Made by a program: the position numbers and the translations under genes
Shown here: positions 1 through 14,344 of the stretch, piece by piece
Layout of the letters: each line of letters starts with the position of its first letter
How positions within the stretch are numbered: position 1 is the stretch's first letter
Assembly (NCBI RefSeq): GCF_009914755.1
Contig: NC_060925.1
Direction: 5' to 3' (one strand)
DNA from: the human T2T-CHM13v2.0 reference genome, Homo sapiens
Length of the DNA: 64,000 nt
The notes under the pieces: model-generated
Told to the model about the DNA's origin: nothing
Database searches by the model: none
Seen by the model: the letters and a program-made list of their open reading frames with translations, nothing else

Positions 1-19
1 CTCTTCATGCAAAGCTTAC

Positions 20-94
20 CAGATGCAGAAATGTGGCTAATTCTCATCCACACAAAAGCTAAACGAAGACCCGCAGATGGTCAGTGCCTGCCCT
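20..94 (-). other. Candidate non-coding exon (75 nt)
   Basis: Minus strand reads ccctgcctctccctctgcag|AGGG...CTG|gtaagc, giving a pyrimidine tract, an AG acceptor and a strong donor. Stops occur in all three frames. Motif evidence only. Confidence 0.3.
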
Positions 95-1334
95 CTGCAG
101 AGGGAGAGGCAGGGTTGGCTCCAAGTAACAAATAATTATCCAGGCCCTTTGTAAATCAAGTTGTACCACTTCTCCTGTGAGCATCCACAAAGACGGCTGC
201 ATATATTTGCTATTAGCTCCTTCTTTGTCTGGGGATTTTGTTAATGCCCTTTCTTCATATAAGTTTGTGTCGCCTTGTTCTCACATTTGACACCAACTGA
301 AATAGCCTTGCAGAACCTTTGTTTCTATTTTCTTCAAAATGTGTATTCCTCAATGAGGTTTCATCTTAATCTCTTCTTTTCAAAAGGATATGAATTGAAC
401 ATGCAGAGAATCAGCCTAACAGGACCGATTATCAATTTCCATTTCCTTTCAGCGCCTTTGCCACCCGTGGGCCACCTAGACAGCTTTCCTTGAAGACAAA
501 GGGTGTCTGAAATGGACAACTTTATTTTATATACCAGTCTCTTAGCGGACGACAGAGCCTCATCGCCAGTAATAAATCCTTCTCCTGACCCTTTTATATA
601 ATGCACAGCTGAGCTAAAAAGGAAATCAATGTTGCAATTTTAATTTAGCACTTTCATTCTGTTAATTTATCTAAAAAATCCTATGCCACGACTTTACCTT
701 GTCAAAACAGCCAATTTGTGTCAATAGGAAAATGTGAAAATGCTCTGAGTCTCTCCTCTGCACCCCCAACCACGTTTTTAGTAGTATGGCTGTAAAAACC
801 ATGGGGCACATACTAAGCCCTCCATGTTTTCCTGTAAGTACAAAGCTTCTTTTGCAAATGGTGTGAGCTCAGCAAGTTGAAGAAATATGGAGGGTCTTTA
901 GCGAGAAAATAATCTGGGACCACAGTGTTAGTTAGCTTTGCTAAAGATGTTTGTGAAACTACTAAAATGGAATGCCAAGTGTCTAAGTATGTATTAATGG
1001 TGATGCCTGAGCATATTAGTCAACTAGGGATATTAAATCTTGATTAATCTCTGGGGAGAGTTCTAAGTAATAAATAACACTGTGTTTTCTGTCAGGGGAT
1101 CATAAAATAACTCTGGTTTTACTCTTTTCTCTCTGTATTTCACAACTCTAGAATAAGCCAGGGATAGAAACTTAATTTACTCTGGGAATGATGCTGCCAC
1201 AGGAGAATGAGGTCAACTCCACACCACACTGCACTAGTGCCATGGTGGAGATGCAGAGGGGTGGAGCCCCTGAGCAGGTGAGGACCTGCTACCTTTCCAG
1301 TAGGAATCTTGTGTCAAGAAATTGTTTCTTCAAG

Positions 1335-1605
1335 CCTTTATTCAAATATCACATTCTCAGTGGGAACTTTCCTAATCATCCCATTGACATTAAAATTCTT
1401 CCCTGCCTCCTGCCACTCATTGGCCTTCACTATATCCCTTCCATGACTTTTTCCCCTCTTGGCACTTCTGACTTTCAATATCACTTTATAATTTACTTAT
1501 TTTATTATCTATCCCCATTCCAATGATATGTAAGTATACTGCTGTTTACTAAATAATCCTCAGGGTATGGGACTGTTTTTAACATACTGCAGGTGCTCAA
1601 AAACA
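1335..1605 (+). mobile_element. L2 LINE 3' relic
   Basis: Degenerate L2-like text (ttcaaatatcacattctcagtgggaactttcct...). Boundaries approximate. Confidence 0.45.
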
Positions 1606-1934
1606 TGTTTCCCAAAGAATTATCATGAGGTCACTTCTGGCCAGTTGTTTCTTGGGTGCAGGAATGGCTGCATTATATAGGTTGATGCATGTAACAACTC
1701 TGTTGGAAAGAAAACCACCTCTTGCTTTCAGGGTGCTTTTGAACTCTACAAGAGCTGAACTTGGTACGGGAGAAGGAGCCAAACTCCAAATCCAGGGTAA
1801 GGAATTAGCCCAAAGGTGGGCTTATAAACAGAGTCAGATCCTGGGACTTATGTGTGGCTGAAATAAAAAATAAACCTAGTTGGTTTGGGCTCGAAAAAAG
1901 GCTTCAGCTATTAGTCCAGCATGCTGTAAGCAAA

Positions 1935-2350
1935 GTAATTCAATGAGGGCCATTATAGCATAGGTACCATGCTTGGCACTGTAAGACAGACAACATCCTG
2001 GCCTGGGTCTGCAAGTAGATTATGATCTAGGGAAGTTTACATACATGTTTCAGTCTAGAGCAGGGCATGGAATGTATTATCATGGGAAATCAAGGAGGGT
2101 TTGTCCAAGATTCTTGAATCTTGAAGGATGGAAATGTTTTCAGTACCAGAGATGAGATAAATGGCATTCAAGGCAATGAGAATGCTGTTAAGGGAAGCAG
2201 AATGCATTTGAGGAGTAGCAATTAGCCTCATGTAGCCTACTTCCTTTGTAGATGTTTGCTGGAGTACGGATGAAAAGAGAGATAATTCTAGAAAGATAGG
2301 TGACTATCATATAGAGGCTGGGTTTTACATGTTGTATTATTTTATTGGGT
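1935..2350 (-). mobile_element. L2 LINE relic
   Basis: Antisense L2-like motifs (aggtaccatgcttggcactg, gaatcttgaaggatg, ggcattcaaggca). Confidence 0.45.
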
Positions 2351-2519
2351 AACCAGGAATAGCTCTTAAAGAGGAGACAGACTTCATTCAGAAGCCTGTG
2401 CTGTAGGAAGGATGCTCTATTTTGGTTTTGTGGCAGTGATGGGGCTAGGGATAAATATGCTTAGTCAAGTAAATAAGTATTTAGAAGTACTAGGCTATAA
2501 AGCTTAAGAACTATGGAAT

Positions 2520-3150
2520 CTATCCAACTTATAACTGTAAAGCAGTAAATGTAGAATATTCTAGAATAAAGAGTCATACACTTACATTTCAAAGACTTCC
2601 CATCAGAGACTTTGCAATTTTGCTCCTTATTCTTTCTAGTATTCTTAATCTGAATGGTTAAGAATTCTTCAAATGAAATCTCTTTAACTTAATTATAACC
2701 AATTTCATCTTATTTCCTCATATATGTACGCAGATAATTACCACATGGCATTGCGAAAAGTCAGCCTGTTACATGCCTGATGATACTAAGCAAGTCTACT
2801 GTTCTTTAAAAAAATGTTGCTTTAATCTTTCCTTATATCACTTACTCTATCCCTTCAGTTAAAAAAAGAAACTCTTCTCTTTACTCCTTGCTATCTTTAT
2901 TTTTTTTTCCTGAATATTGACAATAAAACTGTATGTGGACCTGAGAAGAATGTGACTACTGGAGAGACTAGTGGATGATCATTTCTTGACTCTTTTATGC
3001 AATTGACTTTTTAGTTCTCAATTGCACTGCTCTGATTAGTCAAATTAAATATAAGGTTGCCTATACTCTCAGATATTTTTCTTCTATACTTGGATCTCGT
3101 TAGATCAGACCATCCTCTATTATCTTTAAAGTAAAGGTTAACTACCATGT
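2520..3150 (-). mobile_element. Possible L3/CR1 relic
   Basis: Weak resemblance to the antisense CR1/L3 3' region (gttaagaattcttc...aaatctc...ccaatttcatctt). Very diverged. Confidence 0.3.
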
Positions 3151-5655
3151 GGCCAGGGAATAGTAAAACATGATGCTGACACATTTATTTCAGTTTTAAA
3201 GGAAAAACCTCAGTTTTCAGCTGATGAAACATAGGCTGAAAATCCTAATGCTAACCATAACATTGTAGGTTCTCATTTGAATTCCAAAAATTGGGTATCT
3301 TTACATAGAAGAAACATATTTACTCTATATGTCGGTCAGTACTAAGATATACACACAAATAGTTTACCACACTTCCTGTAGACAAAATTTATTTTTTTCT
3401 AATAAACTCTGCTTCTAACATTAAGGTTAAATTTAACTAGTTCATTGAGACTTTGTTCTTTATTGTCCTCTGAAATTGGTATTATGCTATCAAATAAATA
3501 TAAGAAAAACAGTAAAAATTCATCTGAGTAGGGTTTGAAATATAGTACCTTCAATAGCCCAGAGGACTCACTTACTTTTGAATCTGATAAACAAAGTAAA
3601 TATATGAAGAAAAATATATATGCTCCTTGGCATCACATTTATACACTAGCTTATTTACAAAATTTTTCTTTATTGGTCCTTTGAATGTAAGAAAATCCAC
3701 AATCTAGATGCTTAAAAAATGGATGAGAACATTTATTAAGTAAGAAAATATACATGGACACATATATATGAATGCATATCAACATTTACTTTTGGTTTTA
3801 ATTCTCTCATTTATCTTTCCCAAATTTATTTTATAGTCTATCTAATCTTTAACAGATTTTTTGTTGTTGTTGTTAGCTTCATTACAACATCTGAAATATC
3901 CAATTTCCTCTATAGTTGCTGCTGTGTTTCGGCAGACACCTTTATTGAGTTATCAGAGGACTGTGCAGGTTCTGAGCCCTGCAGCATACAGAGTAGCCTG
4001 GGTGATTCAGGTCAATGTGCAATAATGAATCTGGGTCCCTGCCAAATATGGTCTGCCATTGTGAAGTTCTATCTCTCTGCATTTTAAATCATGATGGTTT
4101 TTTGCATTTCACTTTTCCATGGATTTTGCTTCATTAAACAACTTTGGAAGGAGTATTTTGCACTCTCAATTTTTGCGTGAAAGTCACTGATTAACTGGTG
4201 AATTTATGGTTTGAAATGATGCAAGGCCTGATCTGTAGGAACCAGAGGAAAATTTCCTAATGGACTTCTTCCTGATTTTACCAAAGCAAATGCCCTCCAC
4301 CCCCGCCCTGCTCTAAATAGCACAGATTTCTGGTATTTTAATGTGTCATTAGTTTGACCAGACAGATTTTAGTCCCTAATAAAATAATTCTCCTAACTCT
4401 TAGGTTATTTATTTCTTAATACTTTGTTGTGAGATAAGGCAGAAAGACATGCTAACTGAGCTGCAATGCTTCAACATTATGACTTTAGTAACTTTTCTGA
4501 GTAATTTTAAAAACATGGAGAGCTACAGTTACCCAAAAAAACAGTTCAAGGAAACAAAAGGACTAGATTTATTCCAAGCACAGGTTCAGTAGGTCAGTGT
4601 CCACATAATAATCTGTGCTTTGTATTTTCCATTATTTCTTTTAACATGCTTTAGTGTCTACAAAGGATGAAAGAATATAGACTCCATTGTCCACTTGGAA
4701 TTTAACCTTCCTATTTGGCCAGCTACTAGGCACAAAATGTTTGGGTTCAGTGGATATAAGTCCACTGAGGAAAGTTAGATGCTACTAAAATTTTCCTGCA
4801 TCTTTGCACACCCCGGATGATCTATCCCACCCCAAATATTTGTGCATCCACACAGTGAATAGTTTATCTGATCTCCTCATAGTGATTTTCTGGATTACCT
4901 TTGCTTTATGAATTTAAGAAAGTCACTTACTTCTTTTTATCTGCTAACCAAGAGGTTCATAAATATTCTCTAAAAACCTGTGGGCTCTAACATGGGAAGT
5001 TAGAGAGTACGTACTTTTCCTAGTGGGTATGAAAGAAAAACTCTAGGTTCACCCTGAATAGCATCTGGAGGGACTGAATTAATACAGTAAAACTGCAACT
5101 TCAAAACTCTTTTTTTAGAATGTTAATTTAATTTTGAAACCTTTTTAAAAGGCTTAAAGGATTCTTTTTAGATAAACTAACAAGTGGGGAAGAAATAAGC
5201 CACTTCTTTTGGGAAGTTATCAGTGGTTTCAGGACCTTGCAGTGGCAACTGGATTTTCAGAAAAGAAGAAATATTTTAAAATAATCCCCCATTTTTGACT
5301 AAGATAAGACTGTTTGCTTGTGAATGGAGACTCAACATGTATAACATGTCTCCTATTTATGTGGATGAATCTTGTTTTCAAAAGACTATCTTGATCACAT
5401 GAGATCGTTTTTCTCAACAAAAAAACAGAAAAAGTATTACACCATAGATGTTCTGATGCATTTTTTCTCACTCATATCCAACATCTCATTTGTTATAGAA
5501 AATTAAGTAGATTTGAGTAAAAAGGTATAAAAAAGAAATTCCAGTTTTATGACTTTCTAGTACTTATAATTATTGTAACTATGCTGAATACTTGCAAAGG
5601 CCTGGAGAATGAGACTCAGTTTACTCAACAGGCCAGAATAAGCCAGAGAAGCAAT

Positions 5656-5987
5656 TGCTATGGTCTGACTGTGTCCTCCCCCAATTCATATATTGAAACC
5701 CCAACCTCCAAAGTGATGGTAGTAGGAGGTAGGGACTTTGGGAAGTGATTAGGTCATGAGGGTGAAGTCCTAAAAACTGAAATTAATGCCTTCATAAAAA
5801 AGATCTTAGAAAGACCCCTTCCTCTTTCTACCATGTGAAGTTATAGTGAAAAGATGGCTGTTTAGGAACCAGATAATAGGCCCTCACCAGACACCAAACC
5901 TGCTAGCACCTATATTTTGGAATAAATTTCTGTGGTTTATAAGCCTGATTTATAATATTTTGACATAGCAGTCTAAACTACTAAGCA
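5656..5987 (+). mobile_element. MaLR solo LTR, MLT1A/MLT1A0-like
   Basis: Starts tgctatggtctga, contains gtgattaggtcatgagggtg, ggccctcaccagacacc and aataaatttctg, and ends ctaagca. Confidence 0.85.
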
Positions 5988-6409
5988 AAAAATTATTTTT
6001 ATATGAATAGGTACTTTTAAGATAGTTTAAAATGGTTAATTTGGTTTAGTTTAGAAATAATTTATATCATTCCTTTCTTTTGAGATGATTACTGGCTAAG
6101 TACAAAAAGTAATTTCAAAAGTAAAACTTTTGAGATTAATAGTACAATGATAAACTTCAGCCATGCTCTTGTCTGACTTGTCAGAAATTCCCAATTTTTA
6201 AAAACAAGTGAGATTTGCTGTGAGTGTGAGGCTCTTTCCAGAACTGCTCTTTTGGCCCTCATTCTTATGGATGTGGTATTCAGTGGTGAATCCAACCTCC
6301 ACACATGAGTATTTGATAAATTTGCTCAAGTAGAACTTCTAGATGTATCTGACACTTGTTCCCATCCTACTTGTTTTTTAATTACCTATAGATTATAAGG
6401 CATTTTTAT

Positions 6410-6855
6410 ATACATGTTTTATTGAAAGCTCTGGATCTTAACAAAGCAAGCACTTGCTTGGATTTGCCTCCCTGGCCCCTTTCTCCACTTGTTCACACTC
6501 AAGCTTGTACCAAATCAAATTCCTTGCAGGCCCCTAATGTTCCATTACATATCATGCCCCTCAGTCTATGCACGTGCATGCTGGGTCTCATATACCCTTC
6601 CTCCAACATAATCTAATAGGTGAATCCTTACTATGTCCTAGGTCCCACCTTGATATGGCCTTCTCCAGGAAGCACTCCCTGATGACACTCACTTCTATCA
6701 CATCTGAGATTAACTCATTCTTAGTATTTACTACACTATACTGAGTACCTGACTTTCCCTCAGGCCTAGGACAGAATCTTGTAATATTAATAGCATGCTG
6801 TCTGTCACAGACAACTGTTCAAATACATTCGTTGAGTAAATGAACAGGTGAATGG
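6410..6855 (+). mobile_element. L2 LINE 3' relic
   Basis: Contains ccttctccaggaagcactccctga and ends in an L2-type tail (aaatacattcgttgagtaaatgaa). Confidence 0.6.
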
Positions 6856-7007
6856 TAGCTAAAACTTCATTTTCTCTTTAGCGTGTCTTTTGCACATGAT
6901 TTCCACATTTCAGTTTTTCTTAAAATTCCCTGGGAACAGCATCTTGAAATTTTCTCAAATTTTATATTTTCTTTAGGACTTTTGTACCTTGCTCTGCCTG
7001 GGCAGTC

Positions 7008-7490
7008 CTTTATTCATTCAACAAATATTTTTGAGTTGTGTTTATGTACAAAGTACTTTACAAGGTTTTCTAAGGAACCCAAAGATAAATAGTACTTGGA
7101 TGTTGCTCACAAAGGGCTTACAGTCTAATTGAAAAGGGAAGACAAGTATAAACGTAGCAAATGGCAAGCTTCATACAAGGGAAGTGACACATTCAATTGG
7201 AGGATAAGGCAGGCCTTCTTGGACACGAACAAGGCCTGACAGCATATGCAAAGTCTGGACATTACAGCATAAAGAGAAAAGACATTCCAAGCCGTGAGAT
7301 GATGCTTGTGACAAAGAGGAAAACAGAACATGGAAACTACAGATCAAAGCCTGACTGGACCTCAGTGTTTATGAAGAAGGGTAGCAATGCTGATGGTATG
7401 TTGAAAAGGGAGCCTGGGTTGGTCCAGGTAGGGGAGGGTCTTGGAAGTTACATTTTTGTAGGCAAAGGAGACTAGTAAAAGCTTCTGTGC
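7008..7490 (-). mobile_element. L2 LINE 3' relic
   Basis: Starts with an antisense L2 tail (ttattcattcaacaaatatttttgag) and contains gcttacagtcta. Confidence 0.55.
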
Positions 7491-7959
7491 AGAGTTGTAC
7501 ATCTCTCATTGGCTGACTCTTGCTTCATCTTCCTACGCAGCATTTCTGTACCTAACTCCTTTTTCTATGAAGCTACAGAAACCCCTCGTATCCCATTCCA
7601 CCTCCTTTTCCTATTATTTTATGACATTCTAAATAATTCTAGAAATTCCAACTTGAAGGTTGCTAGAAAGGTATTCATCAACTCATTTTCCCCCATCCTC
7701 ATTAAGCTCTATTACTTACATCAGGCTCAAAATCCCAACAATTAGTTTCTGCAGTAGTCCCCTACTGGCATCTTTCCAGTACTAATTTACTTGCTACAGA
7801 TTATATATTTTTTTAGTTATTTTGAGACCTTTGACATCAACATTTCCATTTCTGGAGCCATTTCCTTGTCTTACAGCTCCTGTATTGTTTCTTTTTTGAA
7901 ACACCAACTCATGGCTAAACTCCACTGAGCATCTTCTTGGATTATGGGAAGAGTATATT

Positions 7960-8103
7960 AAACAGAGGCCATTATCTTCCACACACGGTTCCATGTACTG
8001 CAATAACAAACCATGTATGTATTGCTAATCTTGCACAGACCAAGTACATAGCAGTCGGCACTCAATAAATTTGTTGAGTGCTTAATAAATGTGTGAATGA
8101 ATA
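7960..8103 (+). mobile_element. L2 3' tail fragment
   Basis: ggcactcaataaatttgttga...aataaatgtgtgaatgaat. Confidence 0.5.
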
Positions 8104-9155
8104 AGTGTTGGTTCATGCTGGAGTGCAGGTTCCTCAGTATCAAGTATTAGTATTTCTATTCTGTATCCTTGAACACTCTCACTGAAACAGGCACTAAATA
8201 ATTCTGATTAAATGAATGCATTAATCCCTTCAGAAAAAGGATGCCTGCAGAAAAATCCCAAGGAATTGCAAACAAGATGCAATGCAATAAGTTTTCTCAC
8301 CCCAAAATATGTAGAGCATCATATATATTATTTAGGCTATTACAGAAACATACATATTCTTGAGTTCTCATTTACTGATGCCTGGCATATATGCTTTCAA
8401 TAAAGTATAGCCATTGCTGATTTTTTTTTAAGCCTGACTCAAAGGCTTCATGTCTTTGAACTAAACAAGAGTTCCGGGTTTTTATGACTTATACAAACAA
8501 ACAAGCTGAGTGTGGTTAGAGTTATCCGTGCCTAATATTTTAATTCCATTGTTCAATAATTCCAATTCCTTTGCATTAGTTTTGCTTTATTATACCCTTA
8601 TAATACTTTCAAATATATCTATAAAACTTTACAGCCCTTTTCCAATGGCATATGGTGTGTGTTCTGAAGAGAAACATGTTTATGAGCTGAAAGATGGGAA
8701 GAAAATGTAAAATGCTCTTACGGGACTCGGGGAGGGATTGCTGCCTGCCTGTGTAGCAGGAACACTGCAGTATATCAAGACTCTTGCAGACTGAACAGAA
8801 GCCCTTCTATTTCAACAATGAGCAGAAGTCTGGAATTGTGCTATGCTAACTTTGATGCTATTAGGGTATTTTTGTTTTTTGCTTTTTTCTCTCCTAAAGA
8901 TTAAAGTAAATATTTCCTGAAACAATATTTGAATACTGTATGTTGTAGGATAGTATCAACTGAGATGGAGGGAAGGAGAGAAAAGTAGAGTGTGGATGGA
9001 GGAGTGACAAAAAATACCATTTTTCTGTCCTCTCCCACTGAAGCCCACCCAAACTTTGTCCAAGCCGGAGCTTGCAACATTGTTCCTTACAGAGCTTATC
9101 TGTAGTTATTCTTGGAAACATGCAAATACTCATTCTAAAAGGTCCTGCTGTATTC

Positions 9156-9479
<324 letters not shown>

Positions 9480-9860
9480 TGAGTGCTAGATTCAAATTTT
9501 CAGTTGCCTCATATATTCCATCTTGGTCTTCCTTGTCACGATCATTGATATATAGTAACACAGCTGCAGAGACTAGAAAGCTTCGTGTGACCTCTGACTT
9601 CTTTGCTGTTGCCCCTAGTTGGTCACCAAGCACAGTCATTTTCCTCTCCCATCTCTCTCACTCACTCTTCCCCTTCATTTCCGTGGCTCTTCCGCAGGTT
9701 TCAGGCCCTTGAACTGATCTCACATGGCCTATTCCAATAGTTTCTTAGTCAGTCTCTTTTAATGCTAGGCTTCCTCACTCAAATTACCCTCTAACATGCC
9801 ACCACAAGATGGTTATTTCTTTTAGAAAGTCTACTGTCATTGCATCCTATTGTAGCATTT
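9480..9860 (+). mobile_element. L2 relic
   Basis: Degenerate L2 body text (caggcccttgaactgatctcacatggcctattccaatagtttcttagtcagtctc). Confidence 0.4.
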
Positions 9861-10719
9861 TTATTCTGCTTTTTATTATACTTTGCAGTTTTAACTCCTG
9901 TTTGCACCCAGTGACTGTAAACTGCATCTTCATGTCATCTTCAACATCTCCGTTACCCATTTCACAGTGTGTTTTAAATAGACTCAGGATTATCTTTACA
10001 CAGAATGTTGGTTTTGCTCACGAGGATTCTCCTGGTCCATACCCTGACATTTCTAAATGTCCAGCCTTTCCTGTTGATATTCTATTAGAAGGTAAAATAA
10101 AAAGGCACTCACTGCCTTTAAATAGCAATACAGGAAAATTTCACTGCTACTCTCATGTTGTCCACCACCGAGTCTTGAGCAAACATAGATGTGAAAATAA
10201 AATATTTAAGGAGAATACTTTGAAGGATCCACTTTTCTGAATTCTCTAAATTTTATTTCTAGGTGTTCTAAATTTAAGCTAGATCTTTAGAGATCTGGTT
10301 AGCTGGAGAGTCCTTTGCAAAATTCTTTCCATGGTTACGAGTGAGAAAAGAAAGTATAAAATGCTACATTATGGAACCTGTTGTTGCATTTGTATCAGAG
10401 ATGTGGTTCTAGAACAAAGTATCTTCTTTGTATGGACACATCAGACATTTCTTGAGGGAATCCTACCAGAAGGAGATGCTCTTTACCTCTTCTATTGGTT
10501 TATACCTGTAGGTCCTGTGGTCTGCATGTGATCTATATGTGATTGCTCCACTTTTTGCATTAGTTACTAGGCTGCTCAGAGTATTATTTTTAAACTCCCT
10601 TTATTAGGGATATCATCCCTACTACTGATAATATTTAGCTTATGACTTACATACACATAGATACTAACTCTATTCCATCTCCATTTTATCTTTTTCACTC
10701 TAATTCCTACCATCTGATC

Positions 10720-10913
10720 TTTTCCTTTCCTTTCCTCTCCTCTATCCTTTTCTTTTTTCCTTCCTTCCTTCCTTTCCTTCCCTCCTTCCCTCTCTCCCTC
10801 TCTCTTTCTTTCTTTCTTCCTTTCTTTCTTTTCTCCCTTCCTTCCTTCCTTCCTTCCTTCCTTCCTTCCTTCCTTCTTTCCTCCCTCCCTCCCTCACTCC
10901 CTCCCTCCCTCTT

Positions 10914-10944
<31 letters not shown>
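10720..10944. repeat. Polypyrimidine simple repeat (CCTT)n/(CTTT)n/(CCCT)n/(CT)n/(CTAT)n
   Basis: Directly visible. Confidence 0.95.
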
Positions 10945-10945
<1 letters not shown>

Positions 10946-12479
10946 ACTTCTGCATGCCCAGTTATTACTTAATTACTGAAAATCATTATGACAAGTTTTA
11001 AGTATGAACAGTGTTTGGGAATAAATGAATATGCTAGTAAGTTCTATTTCCTGTAAAGGCAGCACTTTACACATAGAAGATGCTCAAGAATTTCCTGATT
11101 GGATTCCCAAAATTTCAAAGCACTAAAATATATCAAAAAGAAAAAAAAAAGGAACGCTACAGGTCAGAGGTAACTAGTCATTTGAAATAACCTAAATTGG
11201 CTTTTGGTCAAAGTTGAGCACAACAATATGGTACTCATCCTTATTGGCTTTCATCTATTCTTAGTGAGTTATATTCCCTAACTTGAGGTAAAAAGTGAGG
11301 TAATGTGTGGTATTTTTCCCTGCTATAATCCTCATACAGAATATCTGAAAGAGAATGGTACTTTTCATGCATGTAATAATACCCAGGCACCACTATATCA
11401 GCTAACTTTGCTAGATAGCAGTCACAAAAAGGCCATTAATATCTCTCTTACCTCCACCTGAGAAAGGTTAGTGCTATGGGATGTGCACAAGAAGATCAAA
11501 GAGCATGCATTACTGGTCCCTGCTATATGTCAGAGCAAGACAACTGAAATACACTGAGAAGGTCAAGAGCAGTGGAAGCTGAAGAGATAACTATTTGTGT
11601 GTGTGTGTGAATGTTTATAGGATCTGAAGAAACCTGAGCACAAACGTCAGTCTTCATGACCTGATCACATATGACTCAATACAGAGGTGAAATCAAGGTG
11701 CTCCTACTGAGGAGTTCAAAGTAGAGACTCCGAAGAATGAAGAGTGCAATACGCCAAGGCATCCAGGTCCTAACAGGAAGAAAATCCATGAACAAAACCA
11801 GCAATGAAGAAAAAAAGATCATTCAAAATGGAATAATTTTAGTTTCTAGGGTTACCTTTTTTTGTATTTTTCACATAACAAAAACTTTTTTGTCACTTAT
11901 TTTCCTTTACTTAAATGATTTTGAAATGAAGACAAATGGTTGCCAGGGTGCCTACAATTTAAAATATGTCTGAAAAGGTTTCTGTGGCAGTCCCAATTAC
12001 TGAGCTATTAAAAGTAAACACAACTAAAAATTTGAAGAATATGCAGAAAGAAGCCTAGGAAAATGTTGATTTTGAAAAAGCAAAAACAAACCACAAACAT
12101 ATTTTTAAAAACACACATACACAATGTAATTCCTTTATGATCCTCATCAGACTTTCCTACATCTCAGCATTCTTTAGGTCAGTCAGTCAAATCATCGCTA
12201 AAGCTTTCACCAACAGGAACATCGTTCCTGGCGTTAATACTTCAGTGTAAGAACTGTTACTAATAATAAAATTTTATATACTAAGAATTTTTTCCTCAAG
12301 TGATATACAAATGCCTCTACAGATAAATACAATGTTGTATCTTATCACTAATCTATTCTACCCCACATTCATTAACATAGCTACGGTACAGTGTATTGGG
12401 TTAGGAAATGAATCAGATGGAGGAAATCTTCACAGCTCCATATTTCTAATATAAAATAGGAATTGTGCATAAACATTTT

Positions 12480-13670
12480 GTCTTTATATTTTTCAAATAT
12501 AACAATAATAACTATAGAACATTTGACAAATGGAGAAATGTAAACAACAACTACTACATAAATTTAGCACTCTAAAAATTCTATCATAAATTCTATCATT
12601 CTTATAGGTCCTTCTTCCATCTTTTTCATGTGCAAATCATCAAGATGAAAAATGACTTGCATATGTTTGATCATTTTGCATTTTATCATTAAAACACCTG
12701 ATCCAATAAATTTACTGTAATTTAATCAATTATTTTCTATATTGCTCCCAAGTTTTTATAATGACTACTATTTCATTAGTAAGCAATGATGAAGAGAACT
12801 TCTATATGCACATTAAAATATATTTTGGATTATTTACTTAGAGTTAATTCAAATACTTTAAAGAATTTCTTTTCCAAAGAGCTGAACCTATTTCTAAAGT
12901 CATCAATATTTATGACATCAACAGTTTCAAACCAATACTTGATATTTCTTAATATAACATGAATATTATTTTTTTTGCTCCGTTGGTATGTGATGAAAAA
13001 GTAAGGCCTTAGTTTTCCTTTCAATTTTTTAAAAAACTAGTTAGCTTGAACATTTTCTAGGTTCTTTTTTAGATGTATTTCTTGTTTTGTAAACTGACTA
13101 TAGAGTACTAAGATATTTTTTAAAAAAATTTAGCTTAGCCTTTTATAAAATAAAAGCATTAATTCTGCCACACTTATTATATTTTTCCCGAAATCTGTTG
13201 CTAGCCTTTTTGGATTTGGGTTATATATTACATACATAAATTTTACAATTTATTAAAGCAGATAAATATATTTTTGGTCTTCTCCTTTTTTAATTGCTTT
13301 CTGATAGTGAAAACATACAATGGTATCATAGCTTTATTTTATTCTACTTTTTTTATTTGAAAAAATAACTTTTTTCTCTAACTTATGCAGGGGAATCTGC
13401 TTGTTAGTGTCTTTTTCCTTTTTGTTGCTTTTAAAAATTGATTACCTATAGAAGCTTGGTAAATATTCAGTTTTATTTTCTTCTACATGTATTTTGGTTT
13501 GTTTTTATATCTAACTATCTAATCCTTTGAAATTTGTTTTGGTATATGGTATGAGACACTTTTGATCTTTTTCTTCTGTAATTGCTATACCATATCACAG
13601 AGCACACTGCAATTTAAAAAATCCTTTCCCATTGTTGTATGAAAACTTCTATGATACACATTGACCTATT
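12480..13670 (-). mobile_element. Ancient L1M (L1ME-like) relic
   Basis: T-rich antisense L1 3' region, e.g. tttgttttggtatatggtatgagac...tcctttcccattg. Confidence 0.5.
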
Positions 13671-13702
13671 AGGTTACATTTTTTATTTAAAATTATATTG
13701 TA

Positions 13703-14039
<337 letters not shown>

Positions 14040-14344
14040 TTATATTAGGTAGAGACTGTTAAGGTGTAAGTGTGAGCAGCAATAATAAGCTGATAATAAT
14101 GTCTTTATCTTTTAGGTAAAGACTTATGGCCAAGCTAGGGTTTTATATAGCTGGCTCTAGGCTGACCATAAGTTTTCAAAAAATGGGAAGAACATCACTT
14201 TCAACATTTAAATTGAGTTATTAATGTATTTCCATAGCGAAAATAACCCTATTAAACCTGAGTATAAATATTTGCTTTCCTCTGAAAAATGATCAGATTA
14301 AAATAAGCCAGAATTTGGTATTCTCACATCGTATGTATGAGCAT

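Noticed and set aside
6818-7035. Tail-to-tail L2 pair as a miR-28/miR-151-type precursor
   Set aside because: The tails are about 160 nt apart and poorly complementary, so it is not a compact pre-miRNA hairpin.
9809-10240. 143-aa ORF with a hydrophobic N-terminus
   Set aside because: No recognisable domain, starts in an L2 relic, and has no supporting gene structure.
10642-11001. 119-aa F/L/P/S-rich ORF resembling a membrane protein
   Set aside because: Translation of the CT microsatellite.
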